62,871 nt of DNA from the IMG/VR virus record IMGVR_UViG_3300042381_000268, positions 1 to 62,871 of that record; one strand, given 5' to 3'. A program made the translations under genes and the position numbers. The DNA is from a virus (lineage: Duplodnaviria > Caudoviricetes). How positions within the stretch are numbered: position 1 is the stretch's first letter; each line of letters opens with the position of its first letter. A model generated the notes under the pieces. That model had not been told where the DNA came from. It ran no database searches and was given only the letters and a program-made list of their open reading frames with translations. Below, piece by piece: positions 18,874 through 29,994 of this stretch.

Positions 18874-21800
18874 TTATCCGTTGTCATAAACGGTATCATA
18901 ACTCCATACTCCTAGGTATTGTATTAATGGCCTACCATATACGCCTGGGGTGTTCATATTTTCTTTTATAAATCTAACTGAAAATCCATAAGTTTTTACG
19001 ATGTCATTTTCATTGTAAGCAAGAATTGGGGAGTCGGCTCTTCCTATTCTAAAAAAAAAGTAACGTAAATTACCCGCAAATGGATCGTTTGTGGTTGATG
19101 ATGTCCAATAATTTGCCTCAATACCCCTCCTTCCAAATCCAATATTATCTAGTGGATTTTGTATTCTAAGCCCATTAGATATTGCGGTAAACCTAAGATT
19201 GTCATTACTAGCAGGGGTAGTGTCAGTTGGCCAATGTGCCGTGCCTATCTCCCTCCAAAAGTTACCTTTGCGATTTATATCACCTGTTTGTCCATACCCA
19301 CGATATATGGCCCATTGTAAATCCGTAAAATGACTATTAGTCGGTATGATCCACCCATAAGGGGCAAGTCTATTACTAGGAGAAGCCCCACCAGGGGTCC
19401 TAGTGCTCCACCAATTGTATAATTTACCGTATGTTTCCGAATTGGTTGGATCATTATTGTAATTACAATATGCACCAACTGTAGCGCTATTCCATTCTGC
19501 ATGAGTTATTTTTTCAGGTATATTTGTACCGTCTCTATATGTTGTACCATTAAAATTCTTTGTTGTCCAAACATTACGGTATACTCTTGGTTGACCACCG
19601 TCTACATACGCAATATCTACATAAGTTGACTCTAAATCAGTAAATAAGCCAGCGTCCCAACAAGTTTGAACATTGAATTTAACATTTGCTCCTTGATTAG
19701 CGTTTACATATACTCTGCCTTTTTCGCCTAAATTCATGCAATACAATGGATTATCCGAAACTTTCCCAAGCAATAATGAGTCTGTTACGCCAACTCCTTT
19801 CATATTTTGAGAGGTTTGAGTTTGTACAACATAAAATTTATCCGCAACCGGAGGTTCCCATTTTATTGTACATAAGTCATTCCTGTATAACTGTCTTATA
19901 GAATTTCCAAACTTTGTTCTAGCATATAATGTTCCTGAATTATCTTGTGACTGCTTAATTATAATAATATCGCCTACAGCCAATGTATTTGGGGCAGTAG
20001 GGTTAAATCTAAATGTTGTACTATTTGTTACTGTTTCTACAAACCCTATTGGTTCAGCCGCAGATGGAGATTTTATACCAGCAGGCACTCTCCAAACAGT
20101 CATGCCAGGAGACATATTATTATTTTCATTATACACCTTCTGTACATTTGGGGCAGCTGGAGGGCTCAATAGTTGATCGTTATAAGGCGTTCCAAGAGCT
20201 CCAAAAGTTATTATTTGAGAACCAGAAGGCCCCGCAGTTACAACTGTTGTTTTATACATTACAGAACTAAATTTTAAACTTGTTCTATTATCTTGCAAAT
20301 GGAAAGGTATACTATCCAAATAAGGAGTAGCTCTTTGGTATAAACCGTTAATAATGGTATCCTGCATTCCTGTTTTATATTCATATACCTCATTTGTTAT
20401 AGGAGTGGTATTATTAAATATAAACTTTGGTGGCATTGTGGGAGTTATAGTTCCGCCCCAAGTACCATCATAATAAAAGTTAGCGTCGTGTACATAAACC
20501 ATTGCGTTAGCTCCTACAGAATTAAGAGGGGCGGTACAACCTGTGCTCGTATCAATCAAAACCAAAGTTAAAGCCCATTCATAATCTATGCCGTCTTGCG
20601 GGGCAGCTGTTGTAAACGAGGTCATTCTAAATCCTTTCTCGTTTTTTGCACAATCTAATTTTATTGCTAAAAAGTTTTCTCCATATTTACCAGGGTTGGC
20701 GGTGGGGGATGATACTGGATAATTATAAATAAACCCAGAATTAGCGGGGATAGTAGTTATTCCTGATTTATATCTATCCAGGAAATTTGAATTTATAGTG
20801 CCGGTATCAAAAACATTGTTATCGTCAGTTATTCTGCTCCATGTATTTATATTAGGTTGGTTATTAGTAGCTGCTGGACGCCTCCATAAACGGGCCAATA
20901 ATGAGGCTTCTTGTATAGTTCCGTTAGTATCAGATGTTGTGCCTCCTAAAACTACGGTCCATCGCAATGTTCCTTTTTTAAAACCTACAGTGGCAGGTAA
21001 TGGGGATGATGGCGTAGGTAAATTTTGTATATTTACAGCGGTTTCAATATTAACAAATCTTTGGTAATTTTGTGTAGTGTTTGTGCCAAATTCAAAAGAG
21101 CCAAGAACAGGGGTAGCAGGCAATTGACTTCTAGCTGTAGTATTCCCTAAAACAGCATCAGATGTGTTATTTAATAATGGTTCTTTCCCTACATATACAA
21201 CTCCATATTTAACATTTGTGGTACTTAAAGGAGCAGTTAACCCGGTAGGAGAAGTAATTGGAATGCAAACTCCACCGGTATTGCTTTGGTTATATAAGAA
21301 ATTATTTTCTGTAATATAAGGTTTTATTTCACTATTAACAGGTGGGGGCACAACATTAATGACTACTTTTGCAACAGTATATAAACTTGTATCTCCTCTT
21401 GAAAGATTACTTATTGGCCCATTGGTCTCCTCGTAATCTGGGCCAGGTAATGTAGCGTCAGTTAATTTTACTACTATTTCATATGAGTCGTAATCTTCTA
21501 ACTCCACTTCATCCGCAACTCTTAATGCTCCTGTTAAATTATTTATTGAAAACTTATTAGAGTCATCAGAAGTTTCTATTTCCCAGTACAGCTCTTCTTG
21601 ATTAACAGAAGTGGTATATGCACCATTAACACCTGTTAATGTATCTATGTTTATGTCACTTGAAGTGATATTATATGTTAGTATACCCGCGCCCCCCTCT
21701 ATAATTGGTTGTGCGTTACCCAATTGAACTTGATCAGTTATTGAAAAAGTATAATTATTAATAGACCCTGGTATTGGGTATGAGAATGTTATAGTAAATG

Positions 21801-24800
21801 TGTATACTTCATTTAATGGGTCTCCGTGATTAAATACAAATGCAGACGACGGGGCTCCCCCTGGGAGGGTCGCTATTCTTATTCTATATTCACCAGGGTT
21901 TAATGATGGATTTGTAATACTATCTTCGAGCACAAATCTATTTGTAACATCACCAGATGTAGAAGCAACTGCCATTGTAGCAGTTGTTGATAATACAGGG
22001 ATATCCTGGTTATTTAATGCTGTAAACACATCTGATATATATGGTGAATTTGTATCGCCTGTGCCTTCCTCGTTGCCATCATGTTGGTCCTCATAAAATG
22101 CTAACTCTAATGGTGTAACTGCAACAGGGCCTTCAAATCCAGTTAAAACGTCCCAGTTTAGATCAGATATATATCCAGTGGTGGAACTCTCCCAGAATAT
22201 ATCTAACAAAGACTCTTCTGCTTTTGTTTCGTATACCGCTAAAAACGGCAACATAACATTACCAGCCTCAACACCAATTCCTGATTTAGTAGATATTCTA
22301 CTCATTATAGGATTTGTTTGAAGTTGATAAAAATTAACACCTGCCGTGCCTGATATATTCTCTAATGAATTATCTAGGAAACTAAAGTCAAGAGCATTAG
22401 CTATAGACGTAGCTATATCTGCTTTTGTGGTTGGAAAATATTGTTCATTAGTAGAACTATATACAGGGAATGTAATATAAGACTCTGATGGAGTAGGCCC
22501 TAATAAAATAGTATTAGGCGGCGCAAAAGTTATTACGCCATCACCAGTAAGTGGATCGTACACATTAGATACCACAACTGTATTAGCATACCATTTATTA
22601 GGATTAGATAAAGGAGGAGTTCCTGGTATTGGAGTGTTCGCTTCTACACATTGGATTGAGTCCCCAGGTTTTATTGTTTGCCATGCGTCTGATGTTTGGC
22701 TTGCTGATTTGTATTTTATAGTAGTTGTTACAGAATCATACTCTGGTTGTTCTCCTATTATATCTCCTTTCTCTACGGATTTATTTTGTACTCTTCCAAA
22801 TAAATTTACACTACTTCTGTATTGCTTTTGATCCGGACCTACTTCTGATAAATCTCTAGGTATTTTATTAATGTTATCGTTTATTAAAACAACATGCGCT
22901 GTTCTATTTGTTTCCCCTACTGGAAAATTGGTTGTGTTTATACCATTTTGATTAGTTGCCAAAGAAGCGTTGGCTAGTTTTAATGATAATTGTATAGTCC
23001 CCGCAAAGTTAGTATCAGGAGTTATCGCTAAAGTATTTGATGTTATAGCTCTTATATAAGAAGAACCGGAACTAGTCAGATTATCCAACTCTGCATCTCC
23101 AAAAGAAATTTTTAAATCTGCTCCCGGAGCCGCACCGGATATGGTATATTGCACATTGTAATAACTGCCAGGTATTGCTGAAATTGTTGTAGTTAAGGGC
23201 AATGAACTGCCTATTATATGCGTATATCCACTTTCAAAGCTTGTTCCACTCCAATTTCCAAATGCATTACCTACGGTTGCTAATTCAACACCATCTGAGT
23301 TACTATAAGTTAACTGCGAGCCGTATGTTTGTAATTCCGGGTATCCGTTAAGAATACCAGGTAAATATACATTATAATAGTTTTGTTCTTGTTGTCTAAC
23401 AACAACCTTATATGAATACCACCCTATTTCGTTTATAGTATATGAATATTTAATATCTGGAACTATTGCAGAAAACTCAGGGTTGTAATTGTATAAATCA
23501 TTTATAGGTTCATTTGTTGTCACTATATAAGTGCCTCCAACATAATTAATTGTAATTATTTCTACATAATCTTTATACTTCCCGCGAAGATATTGCCCTG
23601 CAGAAGGAACAATAACATTATCTGGCCACGTAATAGAATCTAATTCAAATGCATATACATAATTACCAAAACCATCAATGTACATAGCGCTGTAATCTAT
23701 AGCGAACCCTAAAGGACTAACTTGATTAGCGTATAATCCAGATTGGCCAAGTAATGTACTCTTATTAGAATTTAAAGGGGTGTTTACCACCATAGATAAA
23801 GCATTTCCAAACCATTTTTTAGTGCCTGGAAATAATATATCCTCATTATCAATAAATGGTGCATAAACAGTAGACCCGCCAAAAACAGTTTCTCCACTTG
23901 TAACAGTAGATAAATCTGCCTCCGATAAAATCACAGATGATTGTCTACCAAATTTATCTGCTAATACAAATCCAACCTGGTATGTTCTATTCTGTTTTAG
24001 CGTATGATTAGGGTATTCTATAAAATTTGTAAATACATCAGACTTTGGTCTTGCTGCTGTATTATAATTTATAGTATTTTCAAAGAAATATTTATCTCTA
24101 TAATTACCATATACAACTCTATTGCTAACCGTTTCTTGAGCTCTAGCCCTTACCGGAACTCTATCATATACTCTAACTGTTTGTTCTTCAGCAAGTGTCT
24201 TATATGGTTTCTGTGATTGATATGGGAACGTATATATATTTGTTGTTAAAGTACTAATATCTTGTACCTTTACCGTCTCTACAACTTTAACTGCTAATGA
24301 GTCAGATTCTTTATATAATATATCTAATTCCGTTATTTTATATGAAGTAAAAACTGAATTTATTTGATCAGGGAATGGTATTAATAACTCGATGTTATTA
24401 GTATTATTTTCTACCCACTTTACAACCGTACTTCTATATGCTTCGTTTTCGTCTCCGTCTATAAAATATCCTTTCTGATTAGGTATATATGCTATTTGAG
24501 TAAACGGCGCCATTAGAGAATACTCACCATCATCAAATTTATATCTGTAACTGAATCTAACATACCTATCCTGCAAGAAATCTGGATCACCAGGCCAATC
24601 GGCTACATCTGAGCGATCACTCATTGTGGAAGCTAAAAAAGTAACCTTGTCGCCTGCTTCAATTAAGTCATCTGCAAATGGCCCATCTACTGTTTCGTAT
24701 AATGTTACATCATTACCAGTAACATCTACAACAATAGCAAAATCTCCTCCATTAACATTATTTGATACTAATTGCATTCCTTTAGTTACGCCGGTGGCAT

Positions 24801-25425
24801 CTTCTAAAGAGACTACGTTCCCCACATTTGGGGCTGATGCAATCTTATTTAACTTACGATACATCTCTATAGTTTCTATAGGTGCATACTTTGCTACAGA
24901 TATTTGTACCTCGTTTGTATAATATAACGGGTTACTTATAGCAGATTCAATATTTATTTTTCTTGGTTGGTTTCTATTATCAGTCCAAAACAATAAATTT
25001 TCTAATAAGTTTAACCCTGTTATACTAAACTCAGGATTAGTTGCTAAATTTAAAAATGTTCCAGAAACCAGCACTCTATAATCTGATGTAGTAAGATCGA
25101 ACATAACAATCTTATTAGTATACCCGTCTGGCTGTGGATCCATTATAACTGGTGATGGATCAAAATAGTTGGTTAAAAATTGGTATATGCGATTATTTCT
25201 TTCATCCATAAACGCTCCTATGCATCTCATAGTATCATCCGCTTCGATTGGATACCCGTCTGGAATTGCATTACCCCATATTGGTTGCACAGTACCAATA
25301 TCACTACTTTCAGATTTACCTACTTGTATATTTAAAGCATCTCTATATTCTCCGTTTGGAATAAGTCTATCATCAAGATCTTTATTCATCTTAGCTGATA
25401 GAAAACTATTTTTAACTTCTGCCAT
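18874..25425 (-). CDS. Large tail protein with cadherin-like and C-terminal Fib_succ_major (FISUMP)-like domains
   Basis: N-terminal MNKDLDDRLIPNGEYRDALN; FSINNLTGAL..E.Y.IVV.LTD; YGKLYNW..APYGW.IPT..YWTSS..GFSVR. Confidence 0.75.
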   Translation of the reverse strand: MAEVKNSFLSAKMNKDLDDRLIPNGEYRDALNIQVGKSESSDIGTVQPIWGNAIPDGYPIEADDTMRCIGAFMDERNNRIYQFLTNYFDPSPVIMDPQPDGYTNKIVMFDLTTSDYRVLVSGTFLNLATNPEFSITGLNLLENLLFWTDNRNQPRKINIESAISNPLYYTNEVQISVAKYAPIETIEMYRKLNKIASAPNVGNVVSLEDATGVTKGMQLVSNNVNGGDFAIVVDVTGNDVTLYETVDGPFADDLIEAGDKVTFLASTMSDRSDVADWPGDPDFLQDRYVRFSYRYKFDDGEYSLMAPFTQIAYIPNQKGYFIDGDENEAYRSTVVKWVENNTNNIELLIPFPDQINSVFTSYKITELDILYKESDSLAVKVVETVKVQDISTLTTNIYTFPYQSQKPYKTLAEEQTVRVYDRVPVRARAQETVSNRVVYGNYRDKYFFENTINYNTAARPKSDVFTNFIEYPNHTLKQNRTYQVGFVLADKFGRQSSVILSEADLSTVTSGETVFGGSTVYAPFIDNEDILFPGTKKWFGNALSMVVNTPLNSNKSTLLGQSGLYANQVSPLGFAIDYSAMYIDGFGNYVYAFELDSITWPDNVIVPSAGQYLRGKYKDYVEIITINYVGGTYIVTTNEPINDLYNYNPEFSAIVPDIKYSYTINEIGWYSYKVVVRQQEQNYYNVYLPGILNGYPELQTYGSQLTYSNSDGVELATVGNAFGNWSGTSFESGYTHIIGSSLPLTTTISAIPGSYYNVQYTISGAAPGADLKISFGDAELDNLTSSGSSYIRAITSNTLAITPDTNFAGTIQLSLKLANASLATNQNGINTTNFPVGETNRTAHVVLINDNINKIPRDLSEVGPDQKQYRSSVNLFGRVQNKSVEKGDIIGEQPEYDSVTTTIKYKSASQTSDAWQTIKPGDSIQCVEANTPIPGTPPLSNPNKWYANTVVVSNVYDPLTGDGVITFAPPNTILLGPTPSESYITFPVYSSTNEQYFPTTKADIATSIANALDFSFLDNSLENISGTAGVNFYQLQTNPIMSRISTKSGIGVEAGNVMLPFLAVYETKAEESLLDIFWESSTTGYISDLNWDVLTGFEGPVAVTPLELAFYEDQHDGNEEGTGDTNSPYISDVFTALNNQDIPVLSTTATMAVASTSGDVTNRFVLEDSITNPSLNPGEYRIRIATLPGGAPSSAFVFNHGDPLNEVYTFTITFSYPIPGSINNYTFSITDQVQLGNAQPIIEGGAGILTYNITSSDINIDTLTGVNGAYTTSVNQEELYWEIETSDDSNKFSINNLTGALRVADEVELEDYDSYEIVVKLTDATLPGPDYEETNGPISNLSRGDTSLYTVAKVVINVVPPPVNSEIKPYITENNFLYNQSNTGGVCIPITSPTGLTAPLSTTNVKYGVVYVGKEPLLNNTSDAVLGNTTARSQLPATPVLGSFEFGTNTTQNYQRFVNIETAVNIQNLPTPSSPLPATVGFKKGTLRWTVVLGGTTSDTNGTIQEASLLARLWRRPAATNNQPNINTWSRITDDNNVFDTGTINSNFLDRYKSGITTIPANSGFIYNYPVSSPTANPGKYGENFLAIKLDCAKNEKGFRMTSFTTAAPQDGIDYEWALTLVLIDTSTGCTAPLNSVGANAMVYVHDANFYYDGTWGGTITPTMPPKFIFNNTTPITNEVYEYKTGMQDTIINGLYQRATPYLDSIPFHLQDNRTSLKFSSVMYKTTVVTAGPSGSQIITFGALGTPYNDQLLSPPAAPNVQKVYNENNNMSPGMTVWRVPAGIKSPSAAEPIGFVETVTNSTTFRFNPTAPNTLAVGDIIIIKQSQDNSGTLYARTKFGNSIRQLYRNDLCTIKWEPPVADKFYVVQTQTSQNMKGVGVTDSLLLGKVSDNPLYCMNLGEKGRVYVNANQGANVKFNVQTCWDAGLFTDLESTYVDIAYVDGGQPRVYRNVWTTKNFNGTTYRDGTNIPEKITHAEWNSATVGAYCNYNNDPTNSETYGKLYNWWSTRTPGGASPSNRLAPYGWIIPTNSHFTDLQWAIYRGYGQTGDINRKGNFWREIGTAHWPTDTTPASNDNLRFTAISNGLRIQNPLDNIGFGRRGIEANYWTSSTTNDPFAGNLRYFFFRIGRADSPILAYNENDIVKTYGFSVRFIKENMNTPGVYGRPLIQYLGVWSYDTVYDNG

Positions 25426-25429
25426 TTAA

Positions 25430-26644
25430 TTAGTGTTTAATCCATTTAGACTGACCTCTTAATACCTGTGTTATTTCTTCTAACTTGATATTAGATAATC
25501 TTATTTTTGTATTTCTTAATTTTGCTCTTCTTTCTTGTTTTAATCTATTAACTAGATATTCCGGTTGATTAGACCTAGTTGAAATAATAGCATGCAATAT
25601 GTGTGCATACATTGCTTCCTCTGCTAATTTAGGTACCTTTGTATCTAACTCATAAGCTAATCCGTCTGATATATATTCTAATACAATTACCATGCCGACT
25701 AGATCACTAGAAAAAGATATTTTGTTTTCTCTTTCATTTATTGTGAATGTACCATTGACATTAGCTAACTGCGGATCAATTCCATAACGACGACCATAAA
25801 AACCGCCATATCCCCAGTTATATCCATACCACCCATCATTATATCCTAGTGTGGAAGCTATATTATTAAGCCCTCCATTATTTCTAGCTCTTTCTTCTGT
25901 TATAGAGGTTCCTTCAATATTATCATCAAAGTTACTTTGCATTGGTATTCCGAAGCTATCTTGAACCGGTAACTCTGTTGGATTTATTGTAAGTCTTGTT
26001 GGATAAATAGGGTGTTTGTTTCCGCCTCTATCAATCCACGACATCTTAACATAGTTTACGTAGTCTTGTGGTAATGGTATACTTAAGTTATGAGGCACCC
26101 CTAATTCCTGCGATTTGATACTTTTTAATGTATCATAACTAAATTCTTGTAATGCTCGTTTAGCGTGGAATATAACGTCAGTTCTTTTAACATCACTTAT
26201 CAACTTGCCGTTACCAATATATGCAACCATAAAGTTATCTATAACGTCATTAAGCTTTATATAAGAGTAACTACCGTAATTCTCTTCCACAGTATTGCCG
26301 TATGCATCTTTGTCTCCATATTGGCCTCCATTTTGCATTTTAAGCTGGCAAACTAATATCTCATCAAATAATATAGGATCTACTAATGTTATAGTATTTC
26401 CTTCTAATGTATAAGGCAATGTGTACTCGTCATAGGTAAGCCCATCAACGCTGTGGTATAATTTAAAATTATTTAAAGCATAGTTTACATCTGATGGATT
26501 ATAACTACCTAAAATTAATTGTGTATCAAATGTAAATGTAAATACGGTATCGTCTACCCCAAGTTCTTTAACTTGAAAGCCTTGAGAACCAGCGTAATAC
26601 TGTCTATTAGTTTCGGTAATTAAACCTCCGTTTGGAAATGCCAT
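25430..26644 (-). CDS. Tail tubular/ring protein
   Basis: LPQDYVNYVK and VLEYISDG motifs; gene order after the capsid genes. Confidence 0.65.
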   Translation of the reverse strand: MAFPNGGLITETNRQYYAGSQGFQVKELGVDDTVFTFTFDTQLILGSYNPSDVNYALNNFKLYHSVDGLTYDEYTLPYTLEGNTITLVDPILFDEILVCQLKMQNGGQYGDKDAYGNTVEENYGSYSYIKLNDVIDNFMVAYIGNGKLISDVKRTDVIFHAKRALQEFSYDTLKSIKSQELGVPHNLSIPLPQDYVNYVKMSWIDRGGNKHPIYPTRLTINPTELPVQDSFGIPMQSNFDDNIEGTSITEERARNNGGLNNIASTLGYNDGWYGYNWGYGGFYGRRYGIDPQLANVNGTFTINERENKISFSSDLVGMVIVLEYISDGLAYELDTKVPKLAEEAMYAHILHAIISTRSNQPEYLVNRLKQERRAKLRNTKIRLSNIKLEEITQVLRGQSKWIKH

Positions 26645-26651
26645 AGTTTAT

Positions 26652-27566
26652 TTAGCTTTTTTCGTTAATCTTTTCTGATTGAGCTTGCTGAGATGCTACT
26701 TGTATAATTTGTGGATCTTTAATAATTATTCCAGAATAAAGTAGTATCTGTGTTATAATATTAACTTGCTCAGTTGGGTGTAATTCAAAATCTACAGATG
26801 ATGCAGAATTATATATATATTGGCCCGTAGTAGTTGATGGTATAAAATTCCATCTTGGGTCTAGTGGTTTTCTTATATAGGATGCTGTTACTTTATCGGT
26901 TATAGTTTCTGGATACATATATATCTTAAAATCTTTATAACGATATATTGGAAACTCTTTTGTAGGCTCTGTAAGCTTAGATAATTTAATTTTCAATAGT
27001 TCATTAGCCTGAACATATTGAGCTTCTCTGTGGTTGTCGTATATGACCGTGCCAAGCTTATAGAAATTAAATGGGAATACCTGAACTATTATTGTTTGAC
27101 CCCCTGTTGGTAATGAAGATAAGGATAGAGTACTGCCTACAATGCTCCATGTTCCAGAACTTTGGGCTACTCCATTGATAAAAACTAATACTGATCCAGA
27201 ATCTAATAGATCCGGGTCTATTTGTGTTAAAGTATATTGTGTTACATTAGTTACAGCTGTTATAGATTCTACTATAGACGATGTATTGGTGTTTGGTGCA
27301 TTAAAATATGGCCCAATATATTCGCATTCGCTAAGTTCCTCAAATATAGCTATCTTTTCTTGTAAATTTTTTTGACGATCCGAATACTCATTGTCATTAT
27401 CAGGAACCCTTAGTTGCTGATTAAGATCTTCAAAGTACGCATTAAATATATCTAGTTGCACTTGCGTTGCGGTTCTATTAAACTCATCCGGAGTCATATA
27501 ACCACGATTCTCTTTATTAAGTATTAACAATACTGTTTTATATACTGTATCAATATTTACTGCCAT
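26652..27566 (-). CDS. Head-tail adaptor/ring protein
   Basis: NKENRGYMTPDEFN and YIRKP..PRW motifs; gene order. Confidence 0.6.
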   Translation of the reverse strand: MAVNIDTVYKTVLLILNKENRGYMTPDEFNRTATQVQLDIFNAYFEDLNQQLRVPDNDNEYSDRQKNLQEKIAIFEELSECEYIGPYFNAPNTNTSSIVESITAVTNVTQYTLTQIDPDLLDSGSVLVFINGVAQSSGTWSIVGSTLSLSSLPTGGQTIIVQVFPFNFYKLGTVIYDNHREAQYVQANELLKIKLSKLTEPTKEFPIYRYKDFKIYMYPETITDKVTASYIRKPLDPRWNFIPSTTTGQYIYNSASSVDFELHPTEQVNIITQILLYSGIIIKDPQIIQVASQQAQSEKINEKS

Positions 27567-27633
27567 ATCATATGCTATTATAATATTAAGCGGTCACAAT
27601 ATGCAACCGCTTAGTATTAATTATTACGTGTTA

Positions 27634-28509
27634 TTATATTTTTTTCTCTATTGAGCGATAAATTTCTACACCTTCATCAGTCTTGAAGAATGCAGCCATA
27701 GCTGAATATGGATTTTCGTCAAAAGGAACTGTCATAAGCTTTCTATCATTACTTCCCCAATGGAATGTTCTTTGATCTTGTGACAATCGGATTATGCCTT
27801 CTTCTGTTGCTTTGATAGCAAAGTTTCTTAATCCAACGTTCTCATCGTTTGCAAGCTCAATAAACAATTGAGGGTTCTTTTTAGCAAATAACATCAAATC
27901 CCGTTTAAGTTCTTTAGAACTCATCTTACTAACTTTAGACCCTAACTCAACGCGTAGTATTGCCTCCGCTTGATCAATATCCATTTCTTTAGCTGCTATT
28001 AAAGCATCTAACTCCATTTCCATTTCTTCAAGATCATCAATAGCATCCGCTTGCTCATCTAGTTCTTTATATACTTTATTCAAACTTGGATGATACAAAG
28101 AAAGTAATTTTTGTAAGTTTTGTTTTTCTTTAGGAACAAATAAGGTTCCATCTTTAAACATTATGTGTCCTAACGTAGCTTGCCCTTTTTGTTCACTTAC
28201 AAGTGGGGAGTTTTGATTAGTGGCATAACGTAATTCTTTTTGTTCACCAGCCTCTTTGTCAAACCATAATAACGGACTATGAGCAGTATGCTTAGATTTC
28301 ATCATATATGTTAATGGAGCTGGTCCTACTAAATAATAATTTCTATCTTTTACTTCCCACTTAGGAGCCGTTTTTTCCTTTGCTTTTGGTTTTTCAATTA
28401 CTGGTTCATCAATTGTTTCTTCTACCTCTTTTTCAAAATCGTTTAGAGGTTCAATGTATTCTTTTTTAACAGCTACTGTTTTAGCTATTGGTTTTTTAGC
28501 GTCTGCCAT
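27634..28509 (-). CDS. Conserved head-module protein
   Basis: Immediately downstream of the major capsid gene. Confidence 0.55.
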   Translation of the reverse strand: MADAKKPIAKTVAVKKEYIEPLNDFEKEVEETIDEPVIEKPKAKEKTAPKWEVKDRNYYLVGPAPLTYMMKSKHTAHSPLLWFDKEAGEQKELRYATNQNSPLVSEQKGQATLGHIMFKDGTLFVPKEKQNLQKLLSLYHPSLNKVYKELDEQADAIDDLEEMEMELDALIAAKEMDIDQAEAILRVELGSKVSKMSSKELKRDLMLFAKKNPQLFIELANDENVGLRNFAIKATEEGIIRLSQDQRTFHWGSNDRKLMTVPFDENPYSAMAAFFKTDEGVEIYRSIEKKI

Positions 28510-28547
28510 GATATAATATGATTTAATAGATTAATTAATTAAAGAGT

Positions 28548-28580
28548 AAAAACTGCCCTCGTAAATTCAACAAGGGCAAT
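28548..28580 (-). terminator. Intrinsic terminator after major capsid gene
   Basis: Minus strand TTGCCCTTG-loop-CGAGGGCAG followed by T5. Confidence 0.8.
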
Positions 28581-28594
28581 CTCTACACTTTTTG

Positions 28595-29983
28595 TTATGC
28601 TGGATTTGTTGTAGTAGTAAACAATACAAAATTATTTGCTCCTTGAACGCATAAACATCTTTCTGACAAGAAGTGAACTTCCATTGCGTCTAATGCAGAA
28701 GTTTGAGCTCCAACAGATCCTGTGATCCAGTGTTTCATTCTTCTATCATCATATTGAGAAGCTCTATATCTTACGTGTAAGAATGGTCTACGGATATTAG
28801 TTCCTAAGATTTCATCATATACTGTAGAAGTACCTGCTGGAACTAATAAACCAGAAATAGAACTATTAGCCAATGCTCCACGAGTAGATGCATCATTCAA
28901 ATATTTCCAGTCGGTTTTGTAGAAATCGTAAGATCCTCTTCTAAATCCAGAGAATCCAAGATTCAATGCCATTTTTTCTGAGTTTTCAAATAAACCATAA
29001 GATGTACCACCAGCTCCGTAAGAGTTCATAGATGCTAACATATCATCAATCAATAAAGACATTTGACGGTTATTAAAGACCATGTTTTCTTCAATAGCCC
29101 CTTGAGTATCTAAGTTTTTTAGAATAGTATCAAAGTCAGTTAAATCTCCAGAAAAATCAGCAACTTGGTTACCTCTTTCTTTAACAGCAGCAAATAAACC
29201 TTGGGTACCTTTTATATTTAAACTTGTTAATGCACTATTAGTAGCAAGTTCACCTTCTACAACAGCCATTTCTAAGTAATCTTCAAAACGTAAACGTGTT
29301 TCAGATTCTGCTTTAAGGAACCACAAGAAACCATCAGCTCCTTCTTCAGTTGTAATTTCCACCCATCCAATTTGAGCTGTATCTGAACCGTTAACAACGT
29401 ATTTAGACTTAATTATAATTGGTGAATTACTAAATTGAGTAAATGATGGTTGAACAGATGTTAATGTATCATCTGCTGTCCCTTTTTTGAACTCAGAACC
29501 ATATACAAATATTTTAAGATCTGTTGTATCAATACCAGTCCATGCGGTTGTAAGGTATGGAATAGCCGTTACATCTAATCCGCTTACCACGCTTACATAA
29601 GCTTTAGCTTCTTGTCCGTCGTTATCAATAACAACAATTGTTTGACCAACTGATATTACATTTTCAACGCCAGTAGCCGTAGGTATTGTTAAAACGTTGG
29701 TTGCTCTAGTAACACCTGTATAAGCAATGTGTAAACGGTTTTGTTCTGACCAAACAACTTGATCTGAAGTCATAGGCATCTCTGCTCCTACCATTCTTAA
29801 AAATCCAGATAACGTTCTGTTTCCATAACGCTCTACTTCTTGCTCGTAGATCTCTGGCAAATATTGTTGAGAGAAGTTTTTTCCACTGCCATCAGTGAAA
29901 TTTAAATAGTTTGTTTCTAATGTCTGTGGCTTCTGAGAAGGCACAATAGACCCAAAAAACGGATCTGGTGTAAATGTTGACAT
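28595..29983 (-). CDS. Major capsid protein
   Basis: 462 aa after scaffold and portal, followed by a terminator; VWSEQNRLH and GTQGLFAAV motifs. Confidence 0.8.
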   Translation of the reverse strand: MSTFTPDPFFGSIVPSQKPQTLETNYLNFTDGSGKNFSQQYLPEIYEQEVERYGNRTLSGFLRMVGAEMPMTSDQVVWSEQNRLHIAYTGVTRATNVLTIPTATGVENVISVGQTIVVIDNDGQEAKAYVSVVSGLDVTAIPYLTTAWTGIDTTDLKIFVYGSEFKKGTADDTLTSVQPSFTQFSNSPIIIKSKYVVNGSDTAQIGWVEITTEEGADGFLWFLKAESETRLRFEDYLEMAVVEGELATNSALTSLNIKGTQGLFAAVKERGNQVADFSGDLTDFDTILKNLDTQGAIEENMVFNNRQMSLLIDDMLASMNSYGAGGTSYGLFENSEKMALNLGFSGFRRGSYDFYKTDWKYLNDASTRGALANSSISGLLVPAGTSTVYDEILGTNIRRPFLHVRYRASQYDDRRMKHWITGSVGAQTSALDAMEVHFLSERCLCVQGANNFVLFTTTTNPA

Positions 29984-29994
29984 AATTTTTTAGT

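Noticed and set aside
18874-19575. Diversity-generating retroelement targeting the FISUMP domain
   Set aside because: No reverse transcriptase gene or template repeat is visible in this window.
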